Source: Oopsacas minuta (lineage: Eukaryota > Animalia > Porifera). From it: DNA of 64,000 bases. The position numbers were made by a program, and so were the translations under genes. Of the stretch, positions 11,921-23,700 are shown piece by piece (within the stretch, counting starts at the first letter, position 1; every line of letters starts with the position of its first letter). The notes below the pieces were generated by a model. It was not told where the DNA came from. It worked only from the letters and a program-made list of their open reading frames with translations, and searched no databases. Where the stretch lies: assembly GCA_024704765.1 (NCBI GenBank), contig JAKMXF010000033.1:310001-374000 (forward strand), given 5' to 3'.

Positions 11921-13983
11921 ATGGCGACCAAAAAAATAAAACAGGCATTTCACAGAACATCGACACCAAAAGAAAAAGGTGGTCAACCCCTAAAAGTGGT
12001 GATTGTTGGAGCTGGTTTAGCAGGAATGTGTGCAGCTCATTTGCTTACACAAAGCGGAGTCAATGTAGAAGTGTTTGAAGCGTTGGATAGAGTTGGTGGT
12101 CGGACATATGCAATTGATGGTGTAGATCAAGGAGGAACTTTTCTTGGGCCTCAGAAAAAGCGAACCATATATTTGGCAGAGAAGCTAGGTGTCAAACAAA
12201 TAAATTTGAATAAAGATGGTTTGTACACGTTTTTTCTAGATGGGAAAGTGTATCGAACTAAGATTGCGCTCCCTTTTGGTGCACTTGCCGTTGATGATCT
12301 TCTGGCGCTACTCTGGGCATTGGGAAATATAATGGTGAAAACTAGCGAAATAAATTTAGATGAACCTTGGAAATCGGACAATGCATTGGAATGGGATAAA
12401 AAGACTGTACAAGATTATTTTAATGATTTGATATTCACTGAAGTTTCAAGAGAACTGTTTCAGATAGTTGTTGAAGTACTCGTGGGTGTAGAACCTTGGG
12501 AAATGTCCATGCTGTATTTTCTTTGGTACATTAAATCGGGTCATGGTATTATTGATATTTTGACGGATGCACAGGATTCAATTCTTGAAGGAGGTGCTCA
12601 GCAATTAAGCCAAAAACTTGCTGTACTAGTCCAAAGTGCCAGCCCAAGAAACAAAGTAATAACCAACGATCCAACATTGTCCATTCACAAAGATAACGAC
12701 AAAGTTTTTCTAAGACAACAATCAGGACTTACTTCGCAAGGAAATTACGTAATTGTTGCAACAACGCCCAGCGTACGAAACCAGATCGAGTTCAAAAACG
12801 TGGGATACAATGGTTTGTATATGCAATACGCACAACGTATGCCGATGGGTTCAATATTGAAAACTTTCATGTATTACAAAACTAGGTGGTGGCATGATAA
12901 TGGATTTAATGGGATAGCTACAATGAGTGGGGCTGCGAATTTCGTTGGTCAGGTTTTTGATATTTCCCAACAAACTCCCATTCCTTGCCTAATGGGATTC
13001 GTACTTGGTGATAAAGCGAGAGAATGGCAAACTCTAAGCAAAGATGCAAAAACAAACATCCTAAAGCGAGAATATGAAATTTTTGAGGGTGATGGACCTG
13101 CGAATTTAGACTTTGTGGAATACAAAGAATACGACTGGTTGGATGTGTCGTATATCGGGGGCACCGGAGGTGTAGCAGGTCCTGGCACCACTACAACATT
13201 CCATCAAGCCATATGTACACCAATTGATGATGCAAGAATCTATTTCGCTGGTACTGAGACTGCTACGGATTGGACAGGGTACATGGATGGAGCTATCCAA
13301 TCTGGATGGAATGCCGCCAAAGAGATTTTGAAAAAGGAAAACATTCCTTATGATGACCCTGAAAAGCACATTAAACAAAGCACAACATTCTTTGACGAAC
13401 TACAAGCATTGATTGTTTATATTATCAAAGAGATACTCAAAATTTTCGGCAGGTAATGATTTGTTGTGTGCACTTCAGGGTAGAGAATCGTAATGTGTAT
13501 AAATATTATCAGAGTTTTATCGTAAATTTGTATTTAGTAAAGGCAAGAAAGACCTGAAGTCACTCTCAGGATCAGAATCAGTGGAAGAGGTAATATTTAT
13601 TCGTATTTACCATTATGAACTAACTAATACACTTAGTATATAAATATACAAGCTCGATTATCCGAACTCGTTGGCACTGGTCAAAACGTTCATATATAAT
13701 GAAGAATTCGGATAATCAAGGTTGCACTGATCCATCATATTTATTAAATTTTAATTTTTAGATATTTCAAAGTATGTTGCATGCACTGGGTTTGAATGTT
13801 GATAGTGAGCTACAAAATTTACTGAATGAAGATCCGACTGGGGTGCATCATTTGCTGCTAGCATTTGAAGAAAGAACAAGTAAAATTGAAACCCCAACGA
13901 GTATCCAAAGTGTGAAGGTACTTGAGACTAGTGAAAACCGCCTAATAGCAAATCGTATTTGTAAGAACTTTCCTTGCCATTAA
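11921..13983 (+). CDS. Flavin-containing amine oxidase (MAO family) with a spliced C-terminal extension; possibly fused to the downstream FAD oxidase
   Basis: GAGLAG Rossmann motif, EALDRVGGRT, GSILK lysine and YFAGTETATDWTGYMDGA. Exon 1 is 11921-13452 (AG|GTAATG), exon 2 is 13538-13589 (TTTAG|T ... GAG|GTAATA), and exon 3 starts at 13762 (TTTTTAG|ATA) in frame with ORF 13774-13983. Exon 3 either ends at TAA 13983 or splices at 13917. Confidence 0.88.
13649..13729. mobile_element. Small Tigger-like MITE in amine oxidase intron 2
   Basis: Inverted CTCGATTATCCGAA ... TTCGGATAATCAAG (13/14), ending CACTG. Confidence 0.6.
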
Positions 13984-14216
13984 TACGCAACTATTTACCA
14001 TACAAAACTGCAATGTAATGTCATGAGATTAGTTGCTATAAGCGGTTTCCACTGTGCATGCATTTTGTTCTTATCCTGAAATGTATATTAGTTAGTATAC
14101 AGTGTAGAGAGAATCTATACTATCAAAATAGTAGTAAAATACTCTTTACGACAGTACTAACGGAATTCCATCGAATACAAAATCCTATTTTATAAATATA
14201 ATTCTTCTAGCATTTA

Positions 14217-15791
14217 ATGACAACGAAATTCAAGAATTTAGAAGGTATGGCTACTCATGAGATAGCAGATGCAGTACATTACATTGGATCACATTTGAAG
14301 TTTGAGGATATTATCCCACGAAAAGTTCCACAGATTAAAGAAATAACAATTGAAGACGAACTCAAGCATATCCGTTTTCAAAATGGGATATATTATCCTG
14401 ACTACATAGATCAAGTTGTCGATCTGGTTATGTACAGTCGTAAATATAAAAAAATTGCGCGATGCAGGGGTTCTGGGCATTCGCCTCCAGAATCTATTTT
14501 CGCGCCAAATGGAATCGACATGGTTTTGTCTGGAGATTTAAGAACTGTATCGTTAGTTGAAGAATTACCACTTAATCGAGCCGTGTTCAAGGTGGGTGGA
14601 GGATGCTACATTGGAGTAAATCGCTTAGATCCTACTTCAACAAGAGAGAACTCGTTAAGTTATCAAATTTCGCAACTTGGATATGCCATATCAATTACCG
14701 GTGGCATCAGTGAGCAATCTATTGCAGGTTTTATGCTAACAGGATCTTCAGGAGGTAGCGTTAAATTTGGCTTTCCAGAATCTATCCGCGAAATTCAGTT
14801 TGTTAATGGGAAAGGTGAAATAAAAACTGTCTCACCAACTGTAGAGAAAGACCTCTTCTATGCAGTTGGCGTTTCAATGGGTTTATTCGGTATTGTAATA
14901 TCTGTGACTATTGAGGTTGTTCCATATTTCAATGTTGTCGGAGAGGAAACCAATGTAATGTACGCGAATTCATCTTTACAGCCTCACAAATTCATACATT
15001 ATCTTAAAGACCAAGAGTACTATCATTCACAATGGTTGCCACAAAAAGGTGTCAATCGTGTAGATGAATTCTTCGGCAAGAAAACACAGAGTACCAAAAT
15101 TAAAAAGTATCACCATGAAGTTGGAAGTCTTAAAGTTGGTATAGAGGCAGCAATTGCTCTGAAGATTACCAATGAAATACTGACAAGAAGTGACCCAGTT
15201 AAGCCGTGGGAGGAAACTGTGATTGCATTTCTTCTAAAACAGTTCCTACCTATTCCGTATAAGGAAACTTTCCTAGATTACTGGTACATCGCATTGCCCA
15301 ATGATGATTTAGCACCAATTGATACTCTACTGAAAGTAGATTTCTTGGAAATGTGGTTTCCAATTGATTTTGCTGATGAACTAATTGCAACTCTACAACA
15401 AAAGGTGTTTCCATATCCCAAGAAAGCTGGTAACATTACGACTGAGTTTTATGCATCAAAAGAATCTCCGTTTTGGTTGAGCATGTCCTATGGTAGGAAT
15501 TGTGTACGTCTAGACAAGTTGCGATGGGCATACGATATCGGCCCTCCAAGGGATTTCTACAAATACTATTGGGATGTATTAATGGCCAAACCAGGAGCGA
15601 GGTTTCATTGGGGGAAATGGATGCCTCAAAACGGAGATGTTTGCGATGGCTTGGTTTTCAATCTTGACTTCTTGAAAAAAGCCTACCCCAAAATGGAAGA
15701 ATGGTTGATTTTTCGTGAACTGATGGATCCTGATCAAGTATTCGTTTCAGATTATTGGAGATCAATCTTGGAAATCCCAAGATTAAAATGA
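14217..15791 (+). CDS. FAD-linked oxidase, VAO/PCMH family (L-gulonolactone / D-arabinono-1,4-lactone oxidase-like)
   Basis: Intronless 524-aa ORF with RGSGHS (histidyl-FAD attachment motif), GGISEQSIAG, DLFYAVGVSMGLFGIVISVT and C-terminal RFHWGK. Confidence 0.9.
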   Translation: MTTKFKNLEGMATHEIADAVHYIGSHLKFEDIIPRKVPQIKEITIEDELKHIRFQNGIYYPDYIDQVVDLVMYSRKYKKIARCRGSGHSPPESIFAPNGIDMVLSGDLRTVSLVEELPLNRAVFKVGGGCYIGVNRLDPTSTRENSLSYQISQLGYAISITGGISEQSIAGFMLTGSSGGSVKFGFPESIREIQFVNGKGEIKTVSPTVEKDLFYAVGVSMGLFGIVISVTIEVVPYFNVVGEETNVMYANSSLQPHKFIHYLKDQEYYHSQWLPQKGVNRVDEFFGKKTQSTKIKKYHHEVGSLKVGIEAAIALKITNEILTRSDPVKPWEETVIAFLLKQFLPIPYKETFLDYWYIALPNDDLAPIDTLLKVDFLEMWFPIDFADELIATLQQKVFPYPKKAGNITTEFYASKESPFWLSMSYGRNCVRLDKLRWAYDIGPPRDFYKYYWDVLMAKPGARFHWGKWMPQNGDVCDGLVFNLDFLKKAYPKMEEWLIFRELMDPDQVFVSDYWRSILEIPRLK

Positions 15792-16101
15792 TAACTCAAT
15801 TATAGTGTGTATGTGTGTGTGTGTAGGCCTCGCAATTAGGATATTATTAGATCAGGACTACTGACTGTAGTAATGTATGTACACGTTTAGTTAGGAGTTA
15901 TGCGCGTATATATTTCGTATTGAACTTCGTATCTATTCATAGTGTGTTAGATTAATAGGATATCATTTGAGTCAATTGTGCTAATGGTTTATGAACTACT
16001 ATTCATGCGAGACACCGGTTGAAGTATGAAAGCTCTAGTAATGGATCAGCCAGTACAACTGGAGTATAGTTCTCACATGGCAGCATAGCTATAATACGAT
16101 A

Positions 16102-16252
16102 CAGTCAACTCTCGTTATATCGAAGCTTAAGGGACCACGATAAGTACTTATATAACCAATAAAGTATATGCTACTTTGAAGGTTTGGGACCATATTTGTA
16201 CAATTTCAGACTTCGATATAAGCGGGTGTTTCGATATAATAGGAGTTAACAA
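16102..16252. mobile_element. MITE family A
   Basis: TA|CAGTCAACTCTCGTTATATCGAAG ... TTCGATATAATAGGAGTTAAC, with the shared core GGTTTGGGACCATATTTGTACAATTTCAGAC. Confidence 0.85.
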
Positions 16253-16429
16253 TAGTAAAAGAACTATTCTCAGTATGAAAACGATATTTCACTAAGAATT
16301 AAGTAATAAACTGAAAGTATTACTTGAAATGCTACAGAGCAGATATAACATGTACAACTGAAAATATTGTTCATACCAGATAGCACCATGGATCAATTAG
16401 ACTATGAGCAAAAGCAGTTGAGCAAATAT

Positions 16430-18302
16430 TCAAAAATATTTCTTCTGTCTATTCTCTTTCATCTTAAGACAAGCCATGAAACAGCTAAACACTAACAAGT
16501 GAAAACACAAAAGTAAGAACACTGTCCAGAATCCGATACACCCTGTACATTGTACAGAGGCCGCATGCTCACTAGAAACAGGTTTTTGTTTTAGCTCACC
16601 AAACGCTACTACTAATTGAGTTAACGTTCTATCCATATTACTTCTCAGTTCATTTACAGAGTCTTGTAATGACTTAACTTGTCTATTAACTTCATGAAAA
16701 GAGCCTTGTGATTCAGAGCTAATACCATCTTGTTTGGCATCATTAATTCTATGTTCTAGATTCTTAATATCTCTGCTAATAGAGCTGAGTATGTTTGTAT
16801 CAGTACTGCTTATTGCTGCTTTAGTTGATAATAATTCCCTGATAATTCCCTCCTGTCTTTCCAGGAGTAACTTGAGTTTACTCTCTACATTAATCTCAAA
16901 ATCTTCTAGTAAATACTCATTCCTGGTGTCTGGGTGTTCTTCTTGGTACCTGGTCCTCCTCTCTGAGAATTCACGATCAAATTCCTCATACAGTTTACTC
17001 ACTCTTTCTCTAACAGAATCTTCTTCAGAGCTAGCATCTGAGAATACATTATAATATGTTACGAATAATTTGGTAATTTAACCTACTTTGATTTATTTCT
17101 GAATTTGGACCCGACTCCAACTGTTTGAGGGAGTGTAGTGTGAAGCACATGACGTCATGATCATCAGAGAGACCTCCTGTAGCAGCAGTCACACCTAGAT
17201 ACCCTTCAGTAAAGGTGAAAACAGGAAGGATAGACTGAAGACACAAATCATAGTCCTCGTAGCCCGGGTTTAAATTGTATCCAGAATGTACCCAAATCTA
17301 ACAATATACTGTTAATATTCCAAAATTCCTGAAAACATACAGTCATCTCCCGTTATACCGAACCTCGAAGGATCGTGATAATTACTTAAGCGATGAATAT
17401 ATGTACAATTTCATACTTCGATATATCCGTGTTTGATACAACGAAAGTTGACAGTATGATATTTACAATTCTATACTTGAATATTAGAGCTATTCTACCT
17501 GTAATACATCATCTGCTTTAATTATCTTAATACGAACAGCATAAGGCTGATTTCTATAATCCTTCATGCATGAAGACAACTCGTCAGATTTACCATCTAG
17601 CTGGTGGTCATATCGATGTGTACCATCATTAATAACTAATTGTATCTTAGGATTGTCTTTTAGGGCATCGTTATCAAATGAGTCTAACATTATACCAATC
17701 CCATTCCATACGTCACTGCTACCAAACACGGGACCTCTTCCCATTTGCTGTTCTGTCAGCCAAATAGCCATCCCATCTGCACCCTGTCGTAGCCTGCCTG
17801 ACACCCGGAGTGCCATATCGATCTTAATAATAAAGCAAATAAATAATCCAAGCCTTAAAATCTGATAGGCAAATATTACCCTAATTGAATAACCCTGAAA
17901 AATCCCAATTTTGTAGCTCTTATCAGTTTCTCAATCAATTTACATACAGAAAAACCATCGAATAGTAATATATAAGATATTTTGTCAATTAACTACCTCC
18001 CAATCCTTAATAGTTAGCTTCTGCTCATTCCATACAAATCCTTGTCTACTTCTAATGCTAGGTACAATCCTAAGTGAGTCTTGTGTTGCTATGGCATCTC
18101 CTCCATACCTCCAGAATGCTATCCTACTGTCTCTGCCTAGCGTAAGCTTAGGAGCACAGAAACTGTGTTTATACTCGTGTCTGTGAATAATATCAGAACG
18201 CTGATACCATTGTGTTAGAGAGATAGGCAGCAGATCAGCTGAGCAAGTAGAGAAGAATAGCAACAAATAGGAAGTGAGGGAGATGTATAGGATTATATTC
18301 AT
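16430..18302 (-). CDS. LMAN1: ERGIC-53 L-type lectin cargo receptor (4 exons, about 482 aa)
   Basis: Exons 18302-17997, 17822-17499, 17297-17087 and 17037-16430 join in frame through GT-AG introns. The protein has a signal peptide, HEYKHSF, GADGMAIW, DSFDND, GVTAATGGLSDDHDV, a coiled-coil stalk, a TM helix and C-terminal KKYF (compare KKFF). Confidence 0.93.
17340..17454. mobile_element. MITE family A in LMAN1 intron 2
   Basis: TA|CAGTCATCTCCCGTTATACCGAAC ... AAAGTTGACAG|TA. Confidence 0.75.
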
Positions 18303-18359
18303 CAAGTCGAATGCTAAACACAAGTAAAAGTTAATAAATAAATTGGTAAACAATGTACG

Positions 18360-18479
18360 TTATAAGAACACCGGATATAAGAACCATCCTGTGAAAACGG
18401 TTCTCGTATATTTCTGTATAGTATGTACTTGTTAGAGGTTTACTACTCCCAGGGACGTTCTTATAACCGACATCCGCTG
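18360..18479. mobile_element. MITE family B
   Basis: Right end TTCTTATAACCGACATCCGCTG|TA plus an internal AACCATCCTGTGAAAACGGTTCTC shared (inverted) with 6439-6561. Confidence 0.75.
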
Positions 18480-18595
18480 TATACGATAAAATATAATCAA
18501 ACATCCAATATACATATAATAGATGCAGAAAAGTAGTAGGACACAATACAACTAAAAACGTCATGACGTCATACTATAGATTATATAGGAACAAG

Positions 18596-19501
18596 TTAAT
18601 AGCATTTCTTGTTAATAATAGTAGGCCCTTCTTCGTCATATTCATCCTTAGTTATCCAGGATTCTTCAAAATGACTGAGAGCAGTTAGCATAGATCCTCC
18701 TATCCATGGTAACAAGCCTCGTTCAGGAGGCGCTATTACTTTGTAATGCTTACCATCTTGAGTTAGACCTAACTCCTTTTTAACACGATCAGGATACCCA
18801 TTTAGAAGCGATGTTTTCCCAGCTAGTACAATATTCTGAAATATATACTTCCCAAGCTCAGGGTCACACTTTCTAACAGATCTAAGAATCATTTCTGCAA
18901 GACCTTCATCTTGAAATCCATCTAGAGAGGGCTGGAATAGCACCTCTGGTGTTGAGAATCTCTCATTTTTCATTTCTATAATATTACCATCAGGAAGTTC
19001 ATATTTAAATAGCTTATCATTTGTCTTTTTCAATTCGGCTTTGTAATCTAATGCTACGTAACAACCATTTGCTTTGATATCTTCTAATATACTCTTCATT
19101 GAGCTTCCAGGCAGACTATGCCCTAGATTAGCCAGTTGTCTGGACAGACGCTCAGTCAGGTATTGTCCAGCTAGGTCAGTGGATAGAGCAGCGTCTGGGC
19201 ATGATACACATTCATACACGGGTACTATATAAGTATTCCCGTATCCGGAATTAACTACAACTCCATTAGTTTTTCCTGTAGCGATTAGACTCAATACAGA
19301 AGAATCTCCAATGTAGAACGCAGGTACGCTGAAAGTTTCAAACATTATCTGTGTTAGTTTTTCCCTAGTAGATTTGGATGTAAATGGGCTGCTTGGTAGT
19401 ACAATCATCACGGGATGTTCCTCTGGGGCAACACGGAGCTCATTGTAACAACAATGATGTAGGAGAGATTCTGCATCATCCCAGTTAGTAATTACAGACA
19501 T
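18596..19501 (-). CDS. Divergent actin-like protein lacking about the first 74 actin residues
   Basis: TNWDD, YNELRVAPEEHPV, REKLTQIMFETF, YELPDGN, ERFSTPEVLFQPS, KVIAPPER, WIGGS and WITKDEYDEEGPTIINKKCY are colinear with actin from about residue 75 to the C-terminus. There is an in-frame TAA five codons upstream of the ATG. Confidence 0.85.
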   Translation of the reverse strand: MSVITNWDDAESLLHHCCYNELRVAPEEHPVMIVLPSSPFTSKSTREKLTQIMFETFSVPAFYIGDSSVLSLIATGKTNGVVVNSGYGNTYIVPVYECVSCPDAALSTDLAGQYLTERLSRQLANLGHSLPGSSMKSILEDIKANGCYVALDYKAELKKTNDKLFKYELPDGNIIEMKNERFSTPEVLFQPSLDGFQDEGLAEMILRSVRKCDPELGKYIFQNIVLAGKTSLLNGYPDRVKKELGLTQDGKHYKVIAPPERGLLPWIGGSMLTALSHFEESWITKDEYDEEGPTIINKKCY

Positions 19502-19639
19502 ACTGATACTTACTTAATACAATAAAACACGCTTAAACAAACTAATTGTGACGGTAACATTTTATTCGTAATAAGCGTCAATTCGTTATAACCGTGTTCT
19601 ACTGAATACCGAAATTGCACAAATAAGGCCCCAAACAGT

Positions 19640-19717
19640 CAAAGTAACATAATATCATCGGATATATCGAAGTAATTATCACTGTCCCTTGAACTTGGAT
19701 ATAATGGGAGTTGACTG
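19640..19717. mobile_element. MITE family A, one-ended fragment
   Basis: ATATCGAAGTAATTATC...GATATAATGGGAGTTGACTG|TA. Confidence 0.7.
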
Positions 19718-20420
19718 TATTTCCAAGGAAATGACCAATTTTAGTCAAAACAGAATGTAATGTAAATAGAAATGATGAAACTATGATGCAGCCATGAATT
19801 GTGGCAGTAATACTTATCTAAACAGTAACGATTCCAATGACCACATAAACGACCTAACCACAACTAAATATTGCTCCAAAAAGGTATGTGAATAGGTTGT
19901 ACAGCTGATGCTAGGGGTACTATAAAAGTAACGCCCGTGAGGTTATAACACAGCAATGTTGAAACTGTTGAATAACTACATACATGTTATTGTATTACAT
20001 GTAATTAATACATGTACAAGTTATTTGCAATGAACTGATAAATAGCTATCTTCATTGGCTTTGTTGATAAAGTTAATTGAATAAAGATATGTCTCAATTT
20101 GTACAAGAATACCTCAGTTATTGAACTGTGCAAGTTACAAATATTACAGTCTTGAAATATGGGCAAGTTGAAGATAACATGACCACCTGCCTTAATAGTC
20201 TAAGTAAAGTTTAAAGATTTGCAAAAAGCAATTATTAATAATGCTACGTAGCCTCCTGTAATAAATATCCGATGTGTTAGAATGTAATTATTTTACATAC
20301 AAGTAGGAGCATTATTCATTTGGGTGAATTTTGCAATCTTTACAAAGATAATAATTCTATATAGTAATGATTTGATACACATGGAATGGAGGAAAACATG
20401 TATCCACATAGGACATAGAT

Positions 20421-20587
20421 CAGTCAACTCCCATTATATCGAAGCTCAAAGGGACCGCGATAATTACTTCGATACAAGCAGAGTTCGATATAGCCGATGA
20501 AGTATATGTTACTTTAACGGTTTGGGACCATATTTGTACACTTTCAGACCTCAATATATCCGTGTTCAATATACCGACAGTTGACTG
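20421..20587. mobile_element. MITE family A
   Basis: CAGTCAACTCCCATTATATCGAAG ... CAGTTGACTG|TA with the family core. Confidence 0.85.
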
Positions 20588-20734
20588 TAAATACTACGTA
20601 AATATTCCCAATATATTCATAAAGAAAATATTAATAATAAATAAAAAGATAATTCAAACTTGAAAAATAGTTTCAAACAAAAATTCGTGAATAGTAAAGT
20701 AAAAGAGGAGAGAAATATCCAAATATTCGTAATA

Positions 20735-23700
20735 TCAAAAACTCTCTGAAAATCCCCCGGTTTTGTTCAAAAAATTTTCATTATGCATATCAAGATTTGA
20801 TAACACATCCTCATCTGTAAGATACGACCAGTTCTCTATAGCAGGGTTATATTTATATTTGTAATGCTCAATAAATTCGTATCGGAATGTGTAAAATACC
20901 CATTGCCAGTATTTCGAATCTATGGCATCTTCTCCAAGGATATTCCATGAAGCAAAGTCTTCATTAATGAGAGCGTAATCAGTGTATTTGTAAGAACCAT
21001 TATTGTAAACAATCGTATCATCAGTATTCATTGATTGAGTGCATTCTCTTACGGAGAAAGTATAGGAAGTTTGGTGATAGTATCCAGCCAAGCCTTTAGG
21101 CCGGTGTAACGACCCACAATAATGTTTATGACCGTGGGAGGACAATATACACGGCTCTCTACAGAATGGACACAGGGATTGACAGCGTATCAGGAGTTTA
21201 ATGAGGTATTTTGTGTTAGAATAAAGTTTCATAGACATTGTACCTTTGATCCATCTAAGCCAATTACATGGTGTACACATATTCTCAAATGATTGTAGAA
21301 AATATTCTACAAATTCTTGTGTATTTTGAATCGGATTCTGGTAGACTTCCAGAATATTAAAATCGTTCTTCCTTAACTCTTTCGTATGCGATTTTATCTT
21401 CTCAAAGAAAATATTTTTCCAATCAATCTTGGAGGTATTTACGGAATCAGATAATGATCGTTTGTAAAATTCTTTCAGCTTGGCTATCGAAGGCTCTAAG
21501 GACTGTACCTTGAATTCCTTGTGTCGCTCTTCGTTGCTACAGTAAGTAGTGAATCTTACTTCAATCCATTTTCTAATGTAGTTTACAGGATCAGAAATAT
21601 AACTTATGTACATTTGAAAATTTCTATTTCGAGCTAGATCTTTGAGAACTTGAATTTGGAGAGAACTTCTCCTCTTAAAAGTGTCAAAATTCGCGACGTC
21701 ATTTTGGAAGAAGTGGATAACATCAGCTCCTAATTTATTCTCTAGGAAATAGTTCATTTTCTGAAAAACAATCTCAGCTAGAGCTTTTGCACAGGAAATT
21801 TCCATTTGTACTCCCTGGCAAACTCCTAGAAATATTGGTTGCAGATCATTTTTGAGATTTTGTAATTGTGATTTAGTGTTTGCTTGTGAAACAAATGTTT
21901 GATGAAGTTTTTCAAGTTGTGGAAGAGCTTTGCAACAGTGATAAAGACAAAATTCAAACATAAACAGGTCTTTGAGTATAATTTGTAATGCCACATTATT
22001 TCTTTCTTTCTCATTAAACTCTTCAATCTGATTGAGAATAATCTCAATCAAATTATTGAAAGAGTTGATCGAATAAGGATCTGATTTTGATAAAGAAAAC
22101 AAGAATTTATTACACCACATAGAAACGAATTCAATAAATGTAGTGATGCGATCTTGTAGCAGATCATTCCTCTCAATATTCTGCTTTGTTTTGTAATGAC
22201 TAACGTAGTCGTAATAGTCAATAAAAGTACAATTAGTAGGGATAATCTCTTTAGTACTAGAATTGAAAACTGTATAATGGTTAGATCCTAATTGAAAGTT
22301 GAGTGTTTCTAATTTAGCAAAAGAGCTGGCATCTCGTATCAATCTTTCTCTCTGATCTTCTGACAATTCGAGTGTCTTAAAACATGAAAAATTCCTTAAC
22401 GTATATTGTAAATCAGTTTTAATATCAATTGGGAAACTCTTCTCACATTCCTTAGTAAGAGTAGCATCCCATCCATTCCAGTGGTCCTCAAATAAATTCT
22501 CCAGATGCTGTATTGGCTTGCTCCAGTCATCTTTAGCATTAATGCTAATCATATCGTCTTTGGCTTTCTGAAGTATTTCGTCACGAATTTGGAAGAAACG
22601 CTCATCAATTGAGAGAGCCTCTCTGCGTAATATAACATGATGCTCGATTTTCTCAAACATTCTAGCTCGCTTTCGCTGTCTTGCTAAAGTAAAGAATTCA
22701 TCAGCCCTCTCCTTCCAATCAGAGAATATTTCCCTATTTGTACTCTTATTGAACAAATAGTTAAGTGTTTCTGCTTGTTCATCTTTTGCCTTTGCTGTAC
22801 AAGCAACATCCAAAAGATGTTTCGAGGCTAAATAGACAGATTGTATATCAATTGAATTTGCATTTGTGATATCGTCTTTTGCCTGGTTGAGAAGGTTAAT
22901 CAATTCCGTATCGAAATATACCGCCCATTTATTTAACACTTCGTCAAACTCAATAGAAGCGCAGAGTTCTAGAATATTCTTGTAGCCTAGTACAAAGTTA
23001 TGAGTGAGTAGAGCATTCCAAATGTGTTTCAACTTTTTAGACCAGTCAGATAAATTCAGAAACAAGTTGAATTGTTGTGAGTATTGGTGAGTGATTTTAT
23101 TTCTTAAAACTTCAGCTTGCTTGCTGTATTCAGAGCAAACAATAGACATAGGAGGTTGTACAGAGAACAAACAAGGAAGATAATATGTATCATCATTTAT
23201 ATCATAATCAATGACGTCACTGAACCGTTTGTATCTTGTAAAACCTTCCTGCTCTGCAGCTATTTGTGTATTTTCATCTAGCAGATTGATAAGTCTTTGC
23301 CTACCCTCAGTCATGCAATGTTTCGCAGCCAAATCCGCTACATTTTGGTGAACAAATATGCATTTAGGTTTAGCATATGCTAATTGCATTCTTATGAGAG
23401 CTAACACAGTAATCTGTAGAATGTCCTTAAATTTAGACTCATTCTCTCCCAGCAAATTTACTATAGTTAGATCACTGAGACCGACTACAAATGTAGCTAA
23501 TTCGTTGTCATGATGGTCTGGGACAATTCCGATCAATTCTGGAGCGTTTAGACCTTCAGTATCTAGCACTAGAAGGTAATCATAGCCCAGCTCACTATCT
23601 CTGTCTACTGCAATCATCTGCATGAATATACCACGTGTACAGCGACCAGTTCTAACCGGAAACTGGAGGCCAAACATAGTATTTAGGAGAGTAGACTTTC

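Noticed and set aside
13453-13478. 26-nt alternative intron in the amine oxidase gene (GTAATG...TTCAG)
   Set aside because: Far below the shortest supported intron here (49 nt), and it gives an early stop; the 85-nt intron leads to further in-frame exons.
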